From a virus (lineage: Duplodnaviria; Caudoviricetes): a stretch of 29,552 bases of DNA. The position numbers and the translations under genes were made by a program. The DNA lies in the IMG/VR virus record IMGVR_UViG_3300032227_001784, positions 1-29,552 of that record. One strand, 5' to 3'. Shown here one piece after another: positions 18,032 through 25,756 of this stretch (positions are counted from its first letter, which is position 1; each line of letters opens with the position of its first letter). Under the pieces are notes generated by a model. The model saw only the letters and a list, made by a program, of their open reading frames with translations, ran no database searches and had not been told where the DNA came from.

Positions 18032-18723
18032 TATCACCGGTGAATCAACCTTTTAATTGTGTTCACTGCGGCACAAGTTTCATGAAAGAAAAAACTCTCA
18101 TGGCACATATGTGCGAGAAAAAGCGTCGTGCCATGCAGCGTGATGAAAAACGAGTGCAGGCCGGGTTCATGGCATTTAATCGTTTTTGGCAATTGACACA
18201 GGGTGCCAAAAAACTCAAGACCTATGAGGAATTTTGCGACAGCAGTTACTACAACGCCTTTGTAAAATTTGGCAGTTTTGTCAACAATGTCAATCCACTA
18301 TATCCAGATCGCTTTGTAGATCATGTGATCAAAAGTGGAGTTAAATTGGACCATTGGTGTAGAGATGAACTATACGACACTTATCTATATGACATGTTGA
18401 AAATTGAACCGGTAGAAAGTGCTGTGGAACGCAGCCTAAAAACCATGATGGAATGGGGCGACGAGCAAAATGCTGAATTTGCTCATTATTTTAACTATGT
18501 CAGTTTAAGTCGAGCAGTATATGATATACGCAATGGAAAGATCAGTTGCTGGATGGTATTAAATTCATCCAGTGGCAAAGATATGATCAGTAAAATGAGC
18601 GACGAACAACTGGAAATGATTGCTCCTGCATTTGATGTGCCTTATTGGATTAAAAGGTTTAGAGAATTACCAGCAGATGTTGCTTTGGTACGAGAAATAT
18701 GTGATGAGGTGGGAATAAAATGA
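18028..18723 (+). CDS. Zinc-finger protein, possibly gp59-like helicase loader
   Basis: N-terminal CVHCGTSF...LMAHMC zinc finger; helical remainder weakly resembles gp59. Confidence 0.55.
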   Translation: MISPVNQPFNCVHCGTSFMKEKTLMAHMCEKKRRAMQRDEKRVQAGFMAFNRFWQLTQGAKKLKTYEEFCDSSYYNAFVKFGSFVNNVNPLYPDRFVDHVIKSGVKLDHWCRDELYDTYLYDMLKIEPVESAVERSLKTMMEWGDEQNAEFAHYFNYVSLSRAVYDIRNGKISCWMVLNSSSGKDMISKMSDEQLEMIAPAFDVPYWIKRFRELPADVALVREICDEVGIK

Positions 18724-19076
18724 GATTAGAAGGTTTTGTAGAAAAAGGGTGGGGACACGAATTAATTTGGGCCACCAATGACAAGTATTGTGGAAAATTA
18801 TTAAAGTTTAACAAAGATGCCAGATTCAGCATGCACTTCCATGCTGAAAAAGATGAAACTTGGTATATATTAGATGGGCGTTTTGAAGTTTGCTGGATTA
18901 ATACCCGGGATGCTACTACGGATAGACGTGTTCTAAATGCTGGAGATACTTGGCGTAATGAGCCGCTATTCCCTCACCAAGTAATTTGTATTGAGTCAGG
19001 AACCATTATTGAAGTCAGCACACCCGATAGTGTAGAAGATAATTATCGAGTAGGCAAGGGTGATAGTCAGAAATGA
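18720..19076 (+). CDS. Cupin-fold protein (sugar isomerase/epimerase-like)
   Basis: KGWGHE, cupin motif 1 SMHFHAEKDETWYILDG, motif 2 PLFPHQV, IEVST. Confidence 0.85.
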   Translation: MRLEGFVEKGWGHELIWATNDKYCGKLLKFNKDARFSMHFHAEKDETWYILDGRFEVCWINTRDATTDRRVLNAGDTWRNEPLFPHQVICIESGTIIEVSTPDSVEDNYRVGKGDSQK

Positions 19077-19846
19077 AAATTTTAATTACAGGGCATCGAG
19101 GCTTTATCGGAAAAAATTTAGTAGAATATCTGAAAGATCACGAATTGTCTTTTTATGAACCAGGTGATGCTCTTCCGTCAGTAGATGGGTTAGATTGGGT
19201 AATTCACCTGGGTGCGTTGACATCCACTACTGAAACAAATGTAGAATTGGTACTTGAAAACAACTACGACTTTAGTAGATGGTTAGTCAATGAATGTTTA
19301 AAATACAATGTAAATTTTCAATATTCCAGTTCTGCCAGTGTATACGGACAGAATAAAGACTTTAACGAAAATTCTCCTGTGAATCCCCAAAGTCCCTATG
19401 CTTGGAGTAAGTATCTATTTGACAGATATATAACACACACAGCAGGTAATTGGCCTATTAAAGTACAGGGATTTAGATATTTCAATGTATATGGCCCCCA
19501 TGAGGATCACAAGGGCAATCAAGCAAGTCCTTATCATAAGTTTGAAAAACAGGCCAAAGATACTGGTGTAATAAAACTGTTCAAAGGCAGTGACAAATTC
19601 TCCAGAGATTTTGTGCCAGTCGAAACAGTTTGTAAAATACATAAACATTTTTTAGGTGTATCAGAAACTGGAATTTGGAATATAGGTACCGGACAGGCCA
19701 CTTCATTTGAAAATGTTGCAAGAATGATTGCTGACAAATATAATGCACATATAGAATATATTCCTATGCCTGAAAATCTAAAACACCAATATCAGGAATT
19801 CACCTGCGCAGACGTGGGATTATTAAGAAAGCATTATGATATATGA
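19073..19846 (+). CDS. hldD: ADP-L-glycero-D-manno-heptose 6-epimerase
   Basis: ITGHRGFIG, SSSASVYG, YAWSK (YxxxK), HldD-type FRYFNVYGPHEDHKG, RDFV, YQEFTCAD. Confidence 0.88.
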   Translation: MKILITGHRGFIGKNLVEYLKDHELSFYEPGDALPSVDGLDWVIHLGALTSTTETNVELVLENNYDFSRWLVNECLKYNVNFQYSSSASVYGQNKDFNENSPVNPQSPYAWSKYLFDRYITHTAGNWPIKVQGFRYFNVYGPHEDHKGNQASPYHKFEKQAKDTGVIKLFKGSDKFSRDFVPVETVCKIHKHFLGVSETGIWNIGTGQATSFENVARMIADKYNAHIEYIPMPENLKHQYQEFTCADVGLLRKHYDI

Positions 19847-20238
19847 AAATATTTGTCAATGGAACCTTTGATATACTACATATAGGGCATTTAGGACTTT
19901 TAGAATACGCATATGATTTAGGCAAGATACTGACCGTTGCCATAGACAGTGATCGTCGTATTCAAGAATTAAAAGGTCCTACCAGACCCATACATACCGA
20001 ACATGAACGCAAAACCATGTTGAACTGTCTATACATGGTTGACAAGGTATATGTGTTTGACACTGACCAAGAACTGGTAGAACTAATTAAAAATCACTGC
20101 GATATCATGGTCAAAGGCAGCGATTATCGAGGTCGGCCTATTATAGGTGAACAATATTGTAAAGAGGTAAAATTTTATGAGCGAATTGAAAAATACTCAA
20201 CCACCGACACCATTCAACGTATTATTGATCGGCGATAG
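19843..20238 (+). CDS. Heptose-1-phosphate nucleotidyltransferase (HldC / RfaE domain II-like)
   Basis: NGTFDILHIGH (HxGH), DSD...LKGPTRPI, VKGSDY, STT. Confidence 0.88.
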   Translation: MKIFVNGTFDILHIGHLGLLEYAYDLGKILTVAIDSDRRIQELKGPTRPIHTEHERKTMLNCLYMVDKVYVFDTDQELVELIKNHCDIMVKGSDYRGRPIIGEQYCKEVKFYERIEKYSTTDTIQRIIDRR

Positions 20239-20947
20239 TTGTACCGATGAGTACTATATTGGGCACTGCGACAGACTAAGTCCCGAAGCACCTGTTCCGG
20301 TGATGAAAATTGTTGAGCATTACAATTTGCCCGGCATGGCAGGCAATGTACGATCTAATTTTACTGCACTTGGTATTGATGTTGAATATATTACCAATAA
20401 CGAAAACATTGTTAAAACTCGTTATATAGATCAACGGTCGGGACAACATTTATTACGTGTAGATTCTGAACCATATGTCCGCGAATGGGACGGCCTTACC
20501 TTATGTAAATTATTTGAATATGACGCTATTGTTATTTCAGATTACAATAAGGGATTTATCAACTATGAACAAATTGGAATCATACTGAAAGAATGTCAAG
20601 TTCCGGTATTCATAGACACTAAAAAAACCGAACTGGCTAGAATGAATGGCGCGTTTGTAAAAATCAACAGCAAAGAACACAGCCTGGCAAAAAGTTATTC
20701 AGACAACATGATCATCACACTGGGGGATCGTGGTGCCAGTTATCAAGGTAAGATCTATCCTGCTCCACGAGTAGAAGTCAGTGATGTGTGCGGTGCCGGC
20801 GATACATTCCTTGCTGCACTGACTTATCGATATCTCACAACTGGCGACATAGAATCTGCCATAGAATTTGCCAACATAGCAGGCAGCATCACTGTTCAAC
20901 ATCGCGGAAACTACGCACCTACCTTAGAGGAAATTCGTGGACATTGA
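20177..20947 (+). CDS. Heptose-7-phosphate kinase (HldA / RfaE domain I-like, PfkB family)
   Basis: IGD..D.Y..G...RLSPEAPVPV, GMAGNV, ISDYNKG, DVCGAGDTF; SD GAGG before ATG 20177. Confidence 0.9.
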   Translation: MSELKNTQPPTPFNVLLIGDSCTDEYYIGHCDRLSPEAPVPVMKIVEHYNLPGMAGNVRSNFTALGIDVEYITNNENIVKTRYIDQRSGQHLLRVDSEPYVREWDGLTLCKLFEYDAIVISDYNKGFINYEQIGIILKECQVPVFIDTKKTELARMNGAFVKINSKEHSLAKSYSDNMIITLGDRGASYQGKIYPAPRVEVSDVCGAGDTFLAALTYRYLTTGDIESAIEFANIAGSITVQHRGNYAPTLEEIRGH

Positions 20948-21503
20948 CATTGATTTTGCAGATAGAAATTCTGTTCTAGAAATCGTCCAGCATATCCCTG
21001 CCAGTCTTGATGGAACTAAACGACACAACACTGGAGTATATTGTCATGAAATTCCTGTTAATCCGCTAACAGGAACAGCCAGTATCGATTATAAGACTGC
21101 AGAATCTAGAGGATATTTTAAAATAGATTTTCTCAACGTCGGTGTTTATAAAGATGTTCGAGACAATGATCATTTAGAGTCATTAATGAATACCGAACCT
21201 CTTTGGGATTTACTGGAACAGGATGAATTTGTTGATTTGCTGTTTCATGTCAACGGACACGGATCAATACTACGCCAAATGAAACCAAAAAATGTAGAAC
21301 AACTCGCTGCGGTATTGGCCATGATCAGACCGGCTAAAAGACATCTCATTGGACAAGACTGGGATACTGTAATGAAGGAAATATGGGTCAAACCTGTCAA
21401 TGATGAATATTACTTCAAAAAGTCACATTCGCTGAGTTATGCCATGGTGGTCGTAGTTCATATGAATTTGATCTGTGAAAGCATCAGTTACGATTACTCT
21501 TAG
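20937..21503 (+). CDS. Miniature DnaE-like (family C DNA polymerase alpha) catalytic core
   Basis: GTG start with SD GAGG; DnaE motifs in order: DIDIDF, HNTGV, GYFKIDFL, LAMIRP, YYFKKSHSLSYA, all in 188 aa. Confidence 0.85.
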   Translation: MDIDIDFADRNSVLEIVQHIPASLDGTKRHNTGVYCHEIPVNPLTGTASIDYKTAESRGYFKIDFLNVGVYKDVRDNDHLESLMNTEPLWDLLEQDEFVDLLFHVNGHGSILRQMKPKNVEQLAAVLAMIRPAKRHLIGQDWDTVMKEIWVKPVNDEYYFKKSHSLSYAMVVVVHMNLICESISYDYS

Positions 21504-21867
21504 GTACTCTGACCAGCTGAATACTTTTTCTTTTCACACGTTTTTCTGCTATTTCGCTGAGATTTACAATAGGACCAAAAATAACCTCAACATCCTTGCT
21601 GTTGAATGTTTTGATCACATAGCGAAACACCGTCATTTCATTTTTTAAAAAAATATTTATAGGTATTCGTCTATTGCTTTCCCACCACCATACATCACCA
21701 AGTTCTAAGAAGTGATTTTTCCCCGCATCATCTTTGATAATTGATATATCATATATACTGACCACATATGAATCAAAATTAATGATAATTCCTACATATT
21801 CTATTTCGTTGGATCGAATACAGGATATAAAAGGATAGTTGGCCCGAAACTGGTTGTGTATACTCAT
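21484..21867 (-). CDS. Hypothetical protein
   Basis: 127-aa ORF filling the gap, convergent with mini-DnaE; WWWESNRRIPINIFL segment; minus-strand TATAAATA 40 nt upstream. Confidence 0.75.
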   Translation of the reverse strand: MSIHNQFRANYPFISCIRSNEIEYVGIIINFDSYVVSIYDISIIKDDAGKNHFLELGDVWWWESNRRIPINIFLKNEMTVFRYVIKTFNSKDVEVIFGPIVNLSEIAEKRVKRKSIQLVRVPKSNRN

Positions 21868-21878
21868 TGATTAAAGAA

Positions 21879-21915
21879 TAAATACCGTTATGCAAAATTT
21901 GCCAATCTATTTATA
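21879..21915. promoter_or_regulatory. Pair of facing late-type promoters
   Basis: + strand TAAATA(21879-21884)-ccgtt-ATG(21890); - strand TATAAATA at 21908-21915 inside the + gene. Confidence 0.6.
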
Positions 21916-22726
21916 TGACAATCAACTGGACGTAATATTAGATTTGGATGCTAATACACCCGGAGTCTATCAAATAATGTATCAACGAGATCTCAACATT
22001 CAAAAAGGTGTTAAAAACCAAATACGCATTCAGTTTAAAAACAGCGATCAAAAGCGTATATCAATTTCCAACACACAAACATATGTGTTCAACATGTTTG
22101 ATGCCATTACTCAGCGTCTGCTGATAGAAAAGCAATTGCAAGTATTGGATACCGCAACTACCAGCACCAGAGGATTGGCATTGTTAACATTGACCGAAAG
22201 TGATACCATGGATTTGAATAAATCCAGCTATACCTGGAGTGTAAAGACACTGGGCAGCGACGGAAGCTATACACCTGCATATGCCAACACCTATTACGGA
22301 GTTGCTGGGACACTGAATGTACTCAACGACATCTATCCTGTTCTACAGCCCAGTCAAGAGATAGTGTCTTTCAAACCCAGCTTCAATGCCAATAGCAATC
22401 TCTATGAACACAAAAGTGGAAATGTTTATGCTTATCCAGAATACAATTCCAATCAAGCACTGCACACCATGGCTATGTACATGACCCGATACCGTGGAAC
22501 TGTTTATATACAGGGCACACTGGACAATACACCGGCCAGTTTTGGTAGATATGCTACCGTAGCTACTAGAAATTACACAGGATTCAGCGGCATAGACTAT
22601 GTGAACTTCAATGGTGTGTTTAGTTTTATTCGTATCATGTATGTACCTGCTGTTGCGCCTGCCGAATCAACTAACAATAATCCCACTTTCTTCGGAAGTT
22701 TTGACAAAGTCCTGTATAGATGCTAA
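21890..22726 (+). CDS. Putative structural protein, two beta-rich domains (Ig/BppU-N-like)
   Basis: Late box; rich in T/N/Y; IQKGVKNQIRIQFKNSDQK...GLALLTL...YTWSV pattern suggests an Ig-like domain. Confidence 0.55.
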   Translation: MQNLPIYLYDNQLDVILDLDANTPGVYQIMYQRDLNIQKGVKNQIRIQFKNSDQKRISISNTQTYVFNMFDAITQRLLIEKQLQVLDTATTSTRGLALLTLTESDTMDLNKSSYTWSVKTLGSDGSYTPAYANTYYGVAGTLNVLNDIYPVLQPSQEIVSFKPSFNANSNLYEHKSGNVYAYPEYNSNQALHTMAMYMTRYRGTVYIQGTLDNTPASFGRYATVATRNYTGFSGIDYVNFNGVFSFIRIMYVPAVAPAESTNNNPTFFGSFDKVLYRC

Positions 22727-22729
22727 AAT
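22701..22729 (+). promoter_or_regulatory. Near-consensus sigma70 promoter for primase-helicase, embedded in the upstream CDS
   Basis: TTGACA(22701-22706)-17 nt-TAAAAT(22724-22729) with extended -10 TGn; GTG start 5 nt later, no SD. Confidence 0.8.
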
Positions 22730-22734
22730 AACAT

Positions 22735-23727
22735 GTGGACTTCCCATCGACAATATTATCTCTAATACCAGGACGGCGTAAACCTACACCCAGCGGCTGG
22801 TTGAGTTTTAACTCGGTCTGCTGCCATCATAGAGGACAAGCACCGGATACACGCGGGCGCGGCGGCATATTGATGACCGCCGAAGGTGGGTTCACTGTTC
22901 ACTGCTTTAATTGCGGATTCAAGGCCGGATGGAATCCAGGCCGACTGCTAACCGCCAACACCAAAAGATTATGTCAGTGGTTGGGTATGGATGCCGACAC
23001 TATTGGCAAATTGACACTGGAACTGATGCGTCAACAAAATTACACAGCACCGACAAAAACTCTGTTGAATTTTGCTTTGGAAGATAGAGAATTACCACCC
23101 GATACTCGTACATTGAAAGAATGGGCATTGACCGATCCAGAAGAACCTGTGATAAAAATGTTTGAATATCTAATCACCAGAGGCATGAATATAGATTGGT
23201 ATCCTTGGATGTGGTCTCCTGCAGATGGATATAGAGATCGACTAATCATACCATTTTATCACGATGGACGCACGGTGGGGTTTACTGCCCGTAAAATTGT
23301 ACCAGGCAAACCAAAATATCTAACCACAAGCCAACCTGGTTATGTGTTTAATCTGGACGCACAAACTGCCGACTACAACCGCAAATATGTTATAATAGTG
23401 GAAGGACAGTTTGATGCTATTGCTGTGGATGGTGTGGCCATAATGAGCAATGAGCCTAGTGAAAATCAAGCAGCAAGAATTACCGCATTAAATAGAGACA
23501 CCATTGTTGTACCCGACCGAGATGCTGCCGGTGCTGCTATGATTAAATCTGCATTAGACCATGGATGGTCAGTCAGTATGCCGCCATGGGAGTCACATGT
23601 TAAGGATGTAGCCGATGCTGTATGTCAATACGGCAGACTCTACACAATGGCCACTATATTACACTATAGAGAAACTAACCCTATTAAAATTCAACTACTA
23701 CACAAGAAACTGTCTAATGCTAACTAA
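22735..23727 (+). CDS. DNA primase (T4 gp61/DnaG-like)
   Basis: Zn domain VCCHH...HCFNCG; RLIIPF...GFTAR...PKYL; TOPRIM IVEGQFDA, VPDRDAAG, KDVAD. Confidence 0.92.
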   Translation: MDFPSTILSLIPGRRKPTPSGWLSFNSVCCHHRGQAPDTRGRGGILMTAEGGFTVHCFNCGFKAGWNPGRLLTANTKRLCQWLGMDADTIGKLTLELMRQQNYTAPTKTLLNFALEDRELPPDTRTLKEWALTDPEEPVIKMFEYLITRGMNIDWYPWMWSPADGYRDRLIIPFYHDGRTVGFTARKIVPGKPKYLTTSQPGYVFNLDAQTADYNRKYVIIVEGQFDAIAVDGVAIMSNEPSENQAARITALNRDTIVVPDRDAAGAAMIKSALDHGWSVSMPPWESHVKDVADAVCQYGRLYTMATILHYRETNPIKIQLLHKKLSNAN

Positions 23728-25162
23728 AACACTCAAGCCCAACTATAATTTTGATGTACAGAAAGAATTTCTGGAACTGTTTTTAGGTGATGCTGAAACT
23801 TTCATGCGTTGTCAAAATATCTTTGACTCGGCAAACTTTGATCAACGATTACAACAGGCCGCCGAATTTATTACCCTATATGTAGATAATTATCGAGTCA
23901 TGCCCACAGTATCTATTGTGAATGCCAACTGCGGAACCGAATTCAAAGCAACCAGTGTGGCCAAAGAAAACTACGAATGGCTAATGGATCACTTTGAACA
24001 GTTCAGTAGACACAGAGCATTAGAGCGGGCCATTTTGTCCAGTGCTGATTTGTTAGAAAAAGGTGATTATGGTCCTGTGGAAAAACTCATCAAGGATGCT
24101 ATACAGATCAGCTTGAACAAGGACATGGGCACTGACTATTTTGAAGATCCTAGAGAACGACTGACCAAACTGAAGGACGGTAATGGACAAGTCAGCACAG
24201 GTTGGCCTACCATAGACAAAAAACTCTATGGAGGATTCAATCGCGGCGAACTGAATATTTTCTGTGCCGGATCGGGTGGTGGTAAGAGTTTATTCCTGGC
24301 CAATCTTGGAGTGAACTGGGCACTGGCCGGTCTCAATGTTCTGTACCTAACATTTGAGTTGAGTGAAGGACTGGTCAGTATGCGACTGGATTCCATGACC
24401 ACAGGTATCTCGACTCGAGAGATTTTTAAGAACATTGACGACGTTGAACTCAAAGTAAAAATGGTAGGAAAACGTGCCGGGAACCTACAAGTCAAGTATA
24501 TGCCCAGTGGAAAAAATTGTAATGATATTCGCGCCTATTTGAAAGAATATCAGGTCAAAAAAGGCGTAAAACCCGACGTATTATTAATAGATTACCTGGA
24601 TTTGATGATGCCTTTAAGTGTGAAGGTCTCGCCCAGTGATTTGTTTGTTAAAGACAAATATGTATCAGAAGAGATCAGAAACTTGGCTATGGAGACACAA
24701 TGTGTCACAGTGACAGCCAGTCAGTTGAATAGATCGGCAGTGGAGGAGATTGAGTTTGATCACAGCCATATTTCGGGTGGACTCAGCAAGATCATGACAG
24801 CAGACAATGTGATTGGTATCTTTACCAGTCGTGCTATGAAAGAACGGGGTCGCTATCAAATACAGTTTATGAAAACTCGCAGCAGCAGTGGTGTGGGACA
24901 AAAGGTAGATTTGGAATTTAACTTAGACACTCTACGTATCACCGACTTGGGTGAAGAGGAAAGCGAGCCCAGTTTTAGAGAACAATCCAGCAATGTAGTG
25001 AATAATCTCAAACGAACCAGTGTGGTTTCCACTGCCAGTGGAGGATTAGATGATGTTGATCCTAATGCAGGAATTGGATTCCGCAAACCCATAGCCAAAG
25101 CTGCTGCCCAGGCTCCGCTGATTCGTTCTATGATGACCAAATTAAATCCCGAAAAGGATTAG
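23717..25162 (+). CDS. Replicative DnaB-family helicase (T4 gp41-like); start revised from 23615 to ATG 23717
   Basis: STGWPTID..LYGG, Walker A AGSGGGKS, LTFELSE, LIDYLDL, TASQLNR, KTR; ATG 23717 gives an 11-nt overlap with primase. Confidence 0.93.
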   Translation: MLTKTLKPNYNFDVQKEFLELFLGDAETFMRCQNIFDSANFDQRLQQAAEFITLYVDNYRVMPTVSIVNANCGTEFKATSVAKENYEWLMDHFEQFSRHRALERAILSSADLLEKGDYGPVEKLIKDAIQISLNKDMGTDYFEDPRERLTKLKDGNGQVSTGWPTIDKKLYGGFNRGELNIFCAGSGGGKSLFLANLGVNWALAGLNVLYLTFELSEGLVSMRLDSMTTGISTREIFKNIDDVELKVKMVGKRAGNLQVKYMPSGKNCNDIRAYLKEYQVKKGVKPDVLLIDYLDLMMPLSVKVSPSDLFVKDKYVSEEIRNLAMETQCVTVTASQLNRSAVEEIEFDHSHISGGLSKIMTADNVIGIFTSRAMKERGRYQIQFMKTRSSSGVGQKVDLEFNLDTLRITDLGEEESEPSFREQSSNVVNNLKRTSVVSTASGGLDDVDPNAGIGFRKPIAKAAAQAPLIRSMMTKLNPEKD

Positions 25163-25725
25163 AAATAATAGTCAACTAAAAACTTGGTGCTTTGTTCTAA
25201 TGCTGCTTGCCATTGCTGTTCGAGCGGAACTGAAAATACTATTTCAAGAGTAGCTGGCATTATTTGCCATCTATAGGGAACAGGACACTCGGCATATAAT
25301 TTAGGATCTAACATTTGATTCAGCATCAGGTTGTCCCACCACCAATGCCCTGCACAGGCCTTAAAATACTCCGGGCCTTGATTTTGAGCTATGGCTGCTA
25401 ATACACTGATATCATTGGTTACTCCGATATCATCAGTGAGCTGGACAGTATTGACAGAACTCCAATCTAAACTGTGAATCATATGTATTTTGTCAATATT
25501 GGTATTACCGCCGTAGAATACAGGATGACTGGTATCAAACTCTACACCAAGATTTTTACTAATGGCAGCTAAATCCAACTCAGGAGACAGCTTGCTAATT
25601 TGCAACCCTATAGCTATGTTATCTCCATGCGTAGCTACTAAAACAACTGACCGATCTCCTAGATTATCCTTGGGATTACTGGGATTTGACACCATAAGGT
25701 GGCCTAAATAATTTCTCTTAATCAT
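25159..25725 (-). CDS. YqgE/AlgH family protein (DUF179); start revised to 25725
   Basis: RSVVLV..H...AIGL.I.K, PVFYGG, MIHS, AGHWWW...L; minus-strand TAAATA(25731-25736)-N5-ATG(25725). Confidence 0.8.
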   Translation of the reverse strand: MIKRNYLGHLMVSNPSNPKDNLGDRSVVLVATHGDNIAIGLQISKLSPELDLAAISKNLGVEFDTSHPVFYGGNTNIDKIHMIHSLDWSSVNTVQLTDDIGVTNDISVLAAIAQNQGPEYFKACAGHWWWDNLMLNQMLDPKLYAECPVPYRWQIMPATLEIVFSVPLEQQWQAALEQSTKFLVDYYF

Positions 25726-25730
25726 AAACA

Positions 25731-25749
25731 TATTTAATCCTAATAAATA
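25731..25749. promoter_or_regulatory. Back-to-back divergent late-type boxes
   Basis: TAAATA on - (25731-25736) and on + (25744-25749), 7 bp apart, 5 and 7 nt from their ATGs. Confidence 0.65.
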
Positions 25750-25756
25750 TTAGTCT

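Noticed and set aside
20186-20220. Assigning ADP versus CDP/UDP specificity from the STT motif of the heptose nucleotidyltransferase
   Set aside because: The local sequence is IEKYSTT; specificity cannot be called reliably by eye and needs an assay.
18720-20947. Bacterial LPS locus from contamination or misassembly
   Set aside because: The genes are compact and overlap phage genes at both ends, consistent with real integration; read mapping would confirm.
23615-23716. ORF-track N-terminal extension of the helicase
   Set aside because: Would overlap primase by 113 nt; ATG 23717 gives a typical short overlap.
526-25140. Many short antisense or nested ORFs within core genes (e.g. 4110-4694, 7517-8110, 10083-10487, 16332-16697)
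   Set aside because: Fully overlap well-supported genes and show no motifs or expression signals.
7095-25162. Inteins, introns or homing endonucleases in terL, uvsX, uvsW, primase or helicase
   Set aside because: All are continuous and of ordinary length, with no C...HN splice junctions or LAGLIDADG, HNH or GIY-YIG motifs seen.
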